This document shows, one piece after another, positions 52,416-60,573 of a stretch of DNA of 64,000 nucleotides; within the stretch, counting starts at the first letter, position 1, and each line of letters begins with the position of its first letter. A program made the translations under genes and the position numbers. Location: positions 1-64,000 of the forward strand of contig CAWFQL010000009.1 in NCBI GenBank assembly GCA_963817915.1, written 5' to 3'. This DNA is from an uncultured candidate division Zixibacteria bacterium (lineage in GTDB: Bacteria > Zixibacteria > MSB-5A5 > UBA10806). The notes under the pieces were generated by a model. The model did no database searches. It saw only the letters and a list, made by a program, of their open reading frames with translations, and was not told the DNA's origin.

Positions 52416-55164
52416 ATTAGCGCTGATATTATTCCTATTACCTCTTGCGATTCAGGCGCAGACGGTTTTTACGATTCAGGGGAAAATCACCGATTCATCA
52501 AATGGCCAGACTCTTCCCGGAGTTACCATTATGCTCAAAGGCACCTATTTCGGGACCTCGAGCGATGTCGATGGCAATTATAAAATTCCTAATGTCAAAG
52601 AAGGGACCTATAATCTTGAAGTAAGTTTAATAGGTTATAAGGTTGTTCAAAAAACCGGTTTTACGGTAAATTCGACCGCGAATCTTACCGTAGATTTCAA
52701 GCTCGATCCATCGGCATTGACTCTGGGCAAAGATATCGTTGTCATAGGGCAGAAGCCTTTACTCGATATCGAATCGACAGAATCGAAGAATAGAATAACA
52801 TCCAAGGAGATTGAAGCTGCGGTGGTTGAGAATGTCACAGATCTTCTCCGCAATCAATCCGGGGTAGTCGCCGAAAAAGACGAAATTCATATTCGCGGCG
52901 GCAGATCTTATGAAAATTCGTATTTGGTCGATGGCGTTTCCATTCAAGATCCATTTTCCGGCGGTACCGCGGGGCTGATGCTCAATGCAAATGCCATTGA
53001 AGAAATGGAAGTCCTTACAGGCGGGTTCAATGCGGAATTCGGGCAATCGATGTCAGGAGTCGTTCAGGTCAAGACCAAAGGCGGATCGGAGAAGCTCAAA
53101 GGGCAATTTACTTATAAAACAGATAATTTTGGCATCTTAAAATCCACAAGTTTTGATTCTGATATCGCCGAGGGATCTGTTTCTGGGCCATTGCCATTCA
53201 CAGGAAAAAAAGGATCATTCTTCCTTTCAGGTTATAGCCAGCTTTCGGATACCTATTTGCCGCACAGTCATCACCTTTATTCGTCGATATTTGGCGGTAC
53301 CAAGTTTGCGCCGCGCGGCTCCAATGACTATTCCGGAATGGCAAAGATTGTCGTGCAATTTTCCCCGACAAAGAAGCTTATATATTCAATGAATGGCTCT
53401 GCTAATATCAACCAGGGATTTTCGGCAAATGAATTCGAAAATCCAAATCCGGATTTTAACGCGTTCCCATATCAATTCGAAAATAATCTGGATAATTATA
53501 ATACAATGACAAGAATTTCAAATCAGACATCACTTACCTGGAGCCATACCACATCGCCATCGTTCTTCTACGAAGCCAGATTATCGCGATTCTTCACTCA
53601 ATTAAGAAGCGATGTCGGCGGCAAACATTGGCTTGATTATAATCAACCTGTCGATATGGTTCCGATAAATTACTTCTACACTCCAGACAGAAATCGACAT
53701 GATAGCTTGGATGAATCGTTTTATAGCGTCACGACTGGCGACGGGTTCTATGACTATGGAGATGGCGATACCTGGCATGATCACTTCTTTGAACAATATA
53801 CACTAAAATTAGACGGCTCGAAAAGTATTGGGACCAGACATCTCATTAAAACTGGTGTGGAAGAGAATCTTCAGACCATGCAAAATGTCGATATTGTCCA
53901 GCCATGGGGAGGACAAACTGGATTAGGGCTCAATCATGATATCTATCGCGTTTATCCATCATCGGGGGCCATGTATATTCAGGATAAAATTGCCTCATTC
54001 GGATTAATCGTAAATGCCGGAGTTCGATTTGATTGGTGGTTCCCTGGGAAATATGTAGATGACGCGGTGAAGGATAGTCTGATCGTCTCGCCTTCCCTGC
54101 GACAGGATTACTATAGCGAAACATTCAAATTATTCGGTCTGCATGGTAAAGGCCATATTTCTCCAAGATTGGGAATATCTCATCCGATTCTGGATAACGC
54201 CATGCTATTCTATTCTTATGGCCATTTCTCGAAGCTTCCCCAACCCCAAAGAGTTTACGCTAAATTAAATTCCATATCGCAATCGACTTACCAGCTATTC
54301 GGCAATCCCAACCTGAATCCGGAAACAACGGTTTCTTATGAAATTGGACTTCGATATGAAGTGACCACTAACGATGTTCTTACTGTCACGGCATACTACA
54401 GAGATATTTTCGATTATATTTCAGCGCTGAGAATTACTCAAACCGGCAGAACCTCCAGCCAATCTTACCTGATGTATTTTAATCTCGATTACGCCCGCAG
54501 CAGGGGAATAGAGGTTGAATACAAAAAGAGAGCCGGCAATTTCTTCACTGCCAATATTTCCGGAGCATATTCGATAGCTACCGGAAAGTCATCATCTCCA
54601 AAAGACGAACTATTAGTTGCACGCGGTCAATTGGAAGAGAAATCGATCAAGGAAAACTTTCTTTCATGGGATCGTCCTCTTAGCCTTTCGGCAGATATGA
54701 CATTCTATGCCGGCAAAAACGATCACTATAAAATCTTTGGCGTTACGCTGCCAGCCGATTGGGACTTTTACTTCAGGATGTTCTTCCAGTCTGGAAAAAG
54801 ATACACTACTTATACCAAAATTGAGAGAATTGGCCAGCAGACTCAATACGTGGCGGATAATAAAAATCCTTACTCGGCAGTAGCTCAAAATTGGCAAATG
54901 GTAGATTTTAGCTTCAAGAAATATTTCAGAGTGCAAGGATTGAAGGTGGCAGTATTTACTGAAATTTCAAATCTCTTCAATGCCAAAAATTCTGATATTA
55001 TTAATCCATTAACTGGCAAGGCGTACAAATACGGAGATCCTGTTTTAGACACCTGGAATAATCCTTTGCATCCGGATCCATCTCCTACTACTCCGTTCCC
55101 ATTCAATCCGGCGCGATATCTTGCTCCGAGAAATATTAAGTTAGGAGTATCGTTGCAATGGTGA
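52399..55164 (+). CDS. TonB-dependent receptor with N-terminal carboxypeptidase-like domain
   Basis: Plug IHIRGGR..YLVDGVSI..TGGFNAEFG; ISPRLGISHP; GNPNLNPE; C-terminal PRNIKLGVSLQW. Confidence 0.93.
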   Translation: MIRVCRLALILFLLPLAIQAQTVFTIQGKITDSSNGQTLPGVTIMLKGTYFGTSSDVDGNYKIPNVKEGTYNLEVSLIGYKVVQKTGFTVNSTANLTVDFKLDPSALTLGKDIVVIGQKPLLDIESTESKNRITSKEIEAAVVENVTDLLRNQSGVVAEKDEIHIRGGRSYENSYLVDGVSIQDPFSGGTAGLMLNANAIEEMEVLTGGFNAEFGQSMSGVVQVKTKGGSEKLKGQFTYKTDNFGILKSTSFDSDIAEGSVSGPLPFTGKKGSFFLSGYSQLSDTYLPHSHHLYSSIFGGTKFAPRGSNDYSGMAKIVVQFSPTKKLIYSMNGSANINQGFSANEFENPNPDFNAFPYQFENNLDNYNTMTRISNQTSLTWSHTTSPSFFYEARLSRFFTQLRSDVGGKHWLDYNQPVDMVPINYFYTPDRNRHDSLDESFYSVTTGDGFYDYGDGDTWHDHFFEQYTLKLDGSKSIGTRHLIKTGVEENLQTMQNVDIVQPWGGQTGLGLNHDIYRVYPSSGAMYIQDKIASFGLIVNAGVRFDWWFPGKYVDDAVKDSLIVSPSLRQDYYSETFKLFGLHGKGHISPRLGISHPILDNAMLFYSYGHFSKLPQPQRVYAKLNSISQSTYQLFGNPNLNPETTVSYEIGLRYEVTTNDVLTVTAYYRDIFDYISALRITQTGRTSSQSYLMYFNLDYARSRGIEVEYKKRAGNFFTANISGAYSIATGKSSSPKDELLVARGQLEEKSIKENFLSWDRPLSLSADMTFYAGKNDHYKIFGVTLPADWDFYFRMFFQSGKRYTTYTKIERIGQQTQYVADNKNPYSAVAQNWQMVDFSFKKYFRVQGLKVAVFTEISNLFNAKNSDIINPLTGKAYKYGDPVLDTWNNPLHPDPSPTTPFPFNPARYLAPRNIKLGVSLQW

Positions 55165-56159
55165 AAATGATAAAGAGATTAGGCGTCGCGTTGATCATTA
55201 TTGAGATATGTTTTTCGCATTCCGCTAATTCGTGGAATATTTTCCCCAAGCTCGGAGATGAAAGAGCGGGGACAGCATCAATGCAGTTTTTGAAGCTCGG
55301 GGCAGGAGCCAAGGCGGCCGCCATGGGCAACTCAGTTGCGGCTCTGGCAGACGATGGCTTCAACCTATATTGGAACCCGGCGGGATTGGTATGGTCTGAA
55401 AAGAGGCAGTTGGCACTTTCTCATAATTTCTGGGTAGTCGATCTCAGCTACGATTTTGTGGGCTATAGTATGAAATTAGGCGAAGATCAGGCTATCGGAG
55501 CGTCATTTATATATTTAGGCTCGCCGGATATGAATGTTACAGATGAGTACCATCCTTATGGAACCGGAGAAAAATTCGGGTATGCGGATCTTGCTTTTGG
55601 GCTGAGCTTCTCGCAAAGATTGACCGATTATTTTTCATTTGGCGCTACCGTTAAATATGCTCAAGAAAATATCGAAAATCTCAAGATGAGCGGTGTGATG
55701 TTGGATTTGGGCACATATTATCAAACAAGCTTCAGGGGCACTCGTTTTGCGGTTACTTTGTCGAATTTCGGCCAGCAGGTGAAGCCCGGCGGAAGCTATG
55801 AATATATAAATCCGACCGGTGAGGTTATCACAAAAAGCTACCAGTCCTTTTCGCCACCGACGATATTTCGTATCGGACTGGCTACTGATATCTGGAGCTC
55901 GGACCGCGACAAATGGCAGGCGACCTTCCAGCTTGATCACCCAACTGATAATGCCGAAGCGTTATCCGTAGGCACAGAATATGCCTTTAGCAGAAGCATG
56001 TTTTTCCGCGGCGGTTATAAATTCAGCAACGATACCCAGAGCTATTCTCTGGGAGTCGGTTTGGCCCTGGATGTCATCAAGAGCCGTCTTGATTACGCGT
56101 TTTGCTCTGTCGGTAATTTAGGGTCGTCAAATATCTTTTCATTCCATTGGAGTTTTTGA
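55158..56159 (+). CDS. PorV/PorQ-family (UPF0164) outer-membrane beta-barrel
   Basis: GTASMQFLKLGAGAKAAAMG, YWNPAGL and FRGGY motifs; terminal Phe. Confidence 0.88.
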   Translation: MVKMIKRLGVALIIIEICFSHSANSWNIFPKLGDERAGTASMQFLKLGAGAKAAAMGNSVAALADDGFNLYWNPAGLVWSEKRQLALSHNFWVVDLSYDFVGYSMKLGEDQAIGASFIYLGSPDMNVTDEYHPYGTGEKFGYADLAFGLSFSQRLTDYFSFGATVKYAQENIENLKMSGVMLDLGTYYQTSFRGTRFAVTLSNFGQQVKPGGSYEYINPTGEVITKSYQSFSPPTIFRIGLATDIWSSDRDKWQATFQLDHPTDNAEALSVGTEYAFSRSMFFRGGYKFSNDTQSYSLGVGLALDVIKSRLDYAFCSVGNLGSSNIFSFHWSF

Positions 56160-57307
56160 TGAAGCGATTAATATTATTACTTGCTGGAATACTGGTAACT
56201 ATACTGATTATATATTCATGCGGCGAAAAAATTAAAATGCCGACAGAAGTTCCACCGTCAGGAAATTTAGGTGATACGCTTTATTTGATGCTTAACCCTC
56301 CATGGGATGCGCAGCGAGGATATACATTCTCAAAGCCAACAGCGCTTTATTTTGGCAAAGATACTTATCTATATATTGCCGATACCGACAACAACCGCAT
56401 TGTTCAGAGCGATGCGGCGGGGACAATCCGCGCGATAATACCGATTAATCATCCTATATCGGTATCGCAGGATGAATTGATGAGACTTCTGGTGGTCACA
56501 GGGGAGAAGAGGGTTTATAAGATTGACATGGGCCCCGGAGGCGATCAGACGCCGGTCATTGCTTTCGATTATTACTCGACCGCCTATCCCGATACTCATG
56601 CGATTTTTTATAAACACCGAACAATGATTAATGAGAATGACAGATTTACTTCTATCACCGATATTCCGGCTAATGACAAAAGCTATTTCGTTGCTGTTTC
56701 ATCATCACTTGATAGTGTTAATAACGGTCGAATAATGTGGTTTTGGGGTTCATCTGAAAGAACCCAGTATACCGACTCGCTCTATGATTCAAAATTCACC
56801 AATGCGGTATTAGATTCATTTACCAACCCCATAGTTATTACCGGAAATGGTATCACGACTACTACTCATCCAAATTCGATTTATGCCTATGATTTATCAG
56901 GCACGACTCACATGATAGTCTGCCAGGACACTGGGAGCTATCCGGTTCATGATATGAAATTTGAACGTCAGCCGTGGGACCAGCATTGGGTATTCAATTT
57001 TACACATGCCCCCGGTCAGGACATAATCAAAAATGGCGTATTTGACCACCCCAGAGCGGCTACCGCGGACCTGCAAGGAAATATCTATGTGGTCGATTCA
57101 GGGCCCAATCGTACTTGCGGCGTATTTAAATTTTCCAGAAATGGTGTTTTGCTGAACACGTTTTGCGAGCCCGATAGCACAGATCGTTTCAATTCGCCGT
57201 CCGGCATCAGCTACGATATTTACGGCGACAGACGAACTGTCTACGTCGCGGATACCGATAGCAATCGAGTGCTCCGTTTCAAGCTCTCGACCGATATAGA
57301 GCATTAA
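56159..57307 (+). CDS. NHL-repeat lipoprotein
   Basis: IIYSC lipobox; YIADTDNNRI, IYVVDSG and VYVADTDSNRV repeats; TGATG overlap with the PorV gene. Confidence 0.8.
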   Translation: MKRLILLLAGILVTILIIYSCGEKIKMPTEVPPSGNLGDTLYLMLNPPWDAQRGYTFSKPTALYFGKDTYLYIADTDNNRIVQSDAAGTIRAIIPINHPISVSQDELMRLLVVTGEKRVYKIDMGPGGDQTPVIAFDYYSTAYPDTHAIFYKHRTMINENDRFTSITDIPANDKSYFVAVSSSLDSVNNGRIMWFWGSSERTQYTDSLYDSKFTNAVLDSFTNPIVITGNGITTTTHPNSIYAYDLSGTTHMIVCQDTGSYPVHDMKFERQPWDQHWVFNFTHAPGQDIIKNGVFDHPRAATADLQGNIYVVDSGPNRTCGVFKFSRNGVLLNTFCEPDSTDRFNSPSGISYDIYGDRRTVYVADTDSNRVLRFKLSTDIEH

Positions 57308-57842
57308 TACTGCAAAAGCGCGAAAATTCGTAAATAATTGACGCCTTTAATGGCCGCTCGCCTCCGCCAGGCAAACTTAAACCACTTCAAAGGTATTAAA
57401 TTCCATTTATAAAAACAGTATACAGCTTGTCATAATCCTAAATTGATTCCTAACGCGTTATTATATATATAATTGTATTCTCCATAGTAAAAGACACTGC
57501 GAAAAAAGGCTACAATTGACAAGTAAAATTATCTTAATAGTAATGATAATCGAATTGAATATCATTGTTGTTTATTAAATAGGCCTACAATGCATTGATC
57601 ACGTTGTTCCCGCTTGACTAGATCCGAGAAATCCCGAATAATTGATTCACGAGATAGGACGCTTCTTCTGTCTCCGTTGAAATAAGTCAAAATAATTGAT
57701 TTGGGGCAATTATCAAGACATCAGTGTTCTGCGCAACGCCTTATTTAACATCAATCATTAGTATCAGGTTGTTGAATGATCTTTAGTTTTATTGGATCGC
57801 GTTTTTGCGAAATTGGTTCAAACGGCTCAAGGAGGGTTTTGC

Positions 57843-58523
57843 ATGTCGTTGGACAACAGAGCTGTCATTATGGTTATCATTTCGATTTTTCTATGGAGTT
57901 CTGTATCGATAGGAGAGACTCCCAAGAAAGAAGCTGACCAGGGGGTCAATGTCGGACTTCGGGGCGACGATGGCACCAGGATCCTGGTTCAGGGCTCGGT
58001 GATACTTTTCTGGACCGCGCCTGGGGACGATGGGGATGTTGGCAGGGCGACTGGCTATGATATGCGCTATTTGCCTCAGGGCTATGGTCCGATCAATTCT
58101 GATGTTTTATGGGATTTCGCTACTCAGGCTACAGGTGAACCTATCCCATCTATGTCAGGTCAAACTGATTCAATGATTATTTTCAATCTGACTCCGGGCG
58201 AGCCATATTATTTCTGCATTAAAGCATATGACGACGCCAATAATTTTTCGGGACTTTCGAATTCACCTTTAGTCTATGCTTCTGTTGACACCAACTCAGG
58301 TGATTTTATTCCCGGAGACGTAAATAACGATAATTTAGTCAATGGCAACGACGTAATATTCTTGGTGCATTATTTTGAAGGCGATAACGATATACCCGAT
58401 CCCTTTCTGCGCGGCGATGCCAATGGTTCTTGCGCAGTCAATGGCCTGGATGTCATTTATTTGGTCAATTATTTTCGTGGTGCTGAGCCGCCATTCAGGG
58501 GCAATTGCAAACAGAACTTTTGA
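57843..58523 (+). CDS. Small exported FN3 plus dockerin protein
   Basis: Signal peptide; WTAPGDDG..YDMRY..YYFCIKAYD..SGLSN; GDVNNDNLVNGNDV / GDANGSCAVNGLDV; GGAGG RBS. Confidence 0.82.
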   Translation: MSLDNRAVIMVIISIFLWSSVSIGETPKKEADQGVNVGLRGDDGTRILVQGSVILFWTAPGDDGDVGRATGYDMRYLPQGYGPINSDVLWDFATQATGEPIPSMSGQTDSMIIFNLTPGEPYYFCIKAYDDANNFSGLSNSPLVYASVDTNSGDFIPGDVNNDNLVNGNDVIFLVHYFEGDNDIPDPFLRGDANGSCAVNGLDVIYLVNYFRGAEPPFRGNCKQNF

Positions 58524-58640
58524 TTTTAGGATCTAAATTGTCCCTATATCCCCGTTATTCTGAATAAGCCTGATAATTCCATATGCTCTGTGTGCATAAT
58601 ATTGCGCATATAATAATGAGATATCTTTATATTGTTAAAC

Positions 58641-58667
58641 CAAAAAAACAATTAATTATGCCGATAT
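58641..58667 (+). promoter_or_regulatory. Candidate sigma28 (FliA)-type promoter
   Basis: CAAA-N15-GCCGATAT upstream of the fapA-like gene. Confidence 0.4.
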
Positions 58668-58771
58668 AATATTTGGGGGTATCCATGACATAGGGGTGGG
58701 GTGAATTTATAAGTATTATTTACTTATTAAGTTTGTCGGAGGCAATCTACTCTAGCAGCAAATAGACCATT

Positions 58772-60145
58772 ATGACCTCATTTAAAGTAAGAACAGAAAA
58801 CAAAAAGCTGGACGCCTTTATTGTCATTAATCCCGATCCCAAGGCGCCTGTGGTCGATTTCGTAGCCGTATATGAATATCTCAAGGGAATCGGAATTGTC
58901 TATGGCATAGATGAGCAGGCCATAAAAGACGCAATCGAAACATCACGATGGGGAGTCGAATTTAAGGTAGCGTCGGGGCGAGCCCCGGTAAACGGTAAAG
59001 ATGGCGCGGTAGAGTATCTTTTCGAAACTAGTCCCACATTTGCCCCAAAGATCAAATCAGATGGCACAGTTGACTATCACGACCTGAATATAAATCAGAA
59101 TGTTGCCAAGGATCAGCAATTGGCCCGACTTATCGGCCCCAAAGAAGGGGAAGTTGGAATGGATGTTTTTGGCAGTCCCATAGCTCCCACCAAAGGCAAA
59201 CTTGCCAGAATCGTAAAGGGCATCAATACCAGTTTCATGGATGAAAATAAAACCATTCTGAAGGCCGATGCTGAGGGCAATGTTAAATTGCGCCCGGGCG
59301 GAGCAGTTGAAGTAGAAACATCATTCAAAATAGAAAACGATATCGATTACTCAACCGGAAATATCGATACGCATGGCGACCTGGCAATAAGAGGCAGAAT
59401 AAAAGCCGGGTTCAGAGTAAGAGCTTCCGGCGATATCGAAATAGGCGGCGAGGCTGAAGACGCTGTAATCGAAGCAGGTGGCAATGTCATAATCAAGGGC
59501 GGATATATGGGCGAGGGTAAGGGAGGTATTACCGCGGGCGGCAATGTCATTGTAAAATTTGTTCATCGTCAAACTATAAGAGCCAAGGGTGATATTCGTG
59601 TTTACGAGGAGTCCATTCAGGCAAACCTCTATGCCGACGGTAATATACTTGTTCGCGACGGTAAGGGTGTCATCATGGGTGGCACTGTTCACTCCGGCAA
59701 ATGCATTGAAGCGAACATAATCGGAAATGATCATTACGTAAAGACTGAGGTTGTTGCGGGTGAAAAACCGAGCCTCATGGAGAAGATCGATCAATTGCGC
59801 AAAGAAGTTGCCGAATTGAATGGCAATTTAACCGAGATAGAGAACAAAATATGCAAAATGATGGAAGTGAAGACTCAGGACGGGCTTTCCGAAGCCGCGG
59901 AAAGGACCTTCCGAAAAATGGATAAATTGTCGGCAGATATTCAAGCTACCAGAGATTCTAAGACACAAGTCCTCGATACGGCAGAGGCCGAGCTTAGAGA
60001 GCTTAAGCAAAAATCATTTATCAAAATCTACAACAAAGTATATCCCGGCACTATGCTGAAAATCGCCGGCCATGGAAAAGTAATAGAAGACGAAGGCGGA
60101 CCGTACACTTTCAGAATAATAAAAAATGAGATAGCCTCAGTTTAG
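58772..60145 (+). CDS. FapA (DUF342) family protein
   Basis: GIVYGID, G.APVNGKDG, DGTVDY, G.DVFG and DYSTGNI beta-helix; coiled coil; VYPG. Confidence 0.88.
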   Translation: MTSFKVRTENKKLDAFIVINPDPKAPVVDFVAVYEYLKGIGIVYGIDEQAIKDAIETSRWGVEFKVASGRAPVNGKDGAVEYLFETSPTFAPKIKSDGTVDYHDLNINQNVAKDQQLARLIGPKEGEVGMDVFGSPIAPTKGKLARIVKGINTSFMDENKTILKADAEGNVKLRPGGAVEVETSFKIENDIDYSTGNIDTHGDLAIRGRIKAGFRVRASGDIEIGGEAEDAVIEAGGNVIIKGGYMGEGKGGITAGGNVIVKFVHRQTIRAKGDIRVYEESIQANLYADGNILVRDGKGVIMGGTVHSGKCIEANIIGNDHYVKTEVVAGEKPSLMEKIDQLRKEVAELNGNLTEIENKICKMMEVKTQDGLSEAAERTFRKMDKLSADIQATRDSKTQVLDTAEAELRELKQKSFIKIYNKVYPGTMLKIAGHGKVIEDEGGPYTFRIIKNEIASV

Positions 60146-60207
60146 GCCAAATCAAATTCCGAATTATATAAGCAATCAAATCCCAAAATTTTCTATAATA
60201 AAAAAAG

Positions 60208-60282
60208 GGTGGGAGATGGGATTCGAACCCACGACCACCAGGGCCACAACCTGATGCTCTAACCAGCTGAGCTACACCCACC
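60208..60282 (-). tRNA. tRNA-His (GTG)
   Basis: Minus strand GGTGGGTG-TAGCTCAGCTGGTTAGAGC-A-TCAGG-TTGTGGC-CCTGG-TGGTC-GTGGGTTCGAATCCCAT-CTCCCAC-C, with G-1:C73. CCA is not encoded. Confidence 0.95.
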
Positions 60283-60300
60283 ACGTATTTCCAGTCACAG

Positions 60301-60329
60301 ATAATATCGACCCATCGGTTTATTGTCAA
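60301..60329 (-). promoter_or_regulatory. Sigma70 promoter of tRNA-His
   Basis: Minus strand TTGACA-17-TATTAT. Confidence 0.7.
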
Positions 60330-60516
60330 TAGATTTGTCATCAAAAAACCGTTACTCGGACTGACCCTATCTCTGTAGGAAAATCCCCATAGTTTTATCT
60401 CCAAAATGATAATACTAGAGATTATCGGCTATTTAGTTGGCGAATTGCATTCCCGTAAGTGATTGGACATTAGCGCGTTACGGCAGTCGGTTCAATCTGC
60501 ACCTCAAGTTGAATGA

Positions 60517-60533
60517 TAGGCATATTGATTGCA
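60517..60533 (+). promoter_or_regulatory. Candidate sigma54 (-24/-12) promoter
   Basis: TAGGCATATTGATTGCA has GG-N10-GC spacing, 40 bp before the ATG at 60574. Confidence 0.4.
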
Positions 60534-60573
60534 AATTCATTAATGCAAATTGCCTAAAATCAAGGAGGGGAAT

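Noticed and set aside
57792..57809. Sigma54-like site TTGGATCGCGTTTTTGC
   Set aside because: GG-GC spacing is 11 rather than 10, and the -24 element is poor.
57308..57842. 535-bp intergenic region as an ncRNA or riboswitch
   Set aside because: It is AT-rich and I could not recognise any known RNA motif or strong structure; an Rfam scan would be needed.
60146..60282. tRNA-His as an island or prophage attachment site
   Set aside because: No integrase is adjacent and I found no second copy of the tRNA 3' end in the window.
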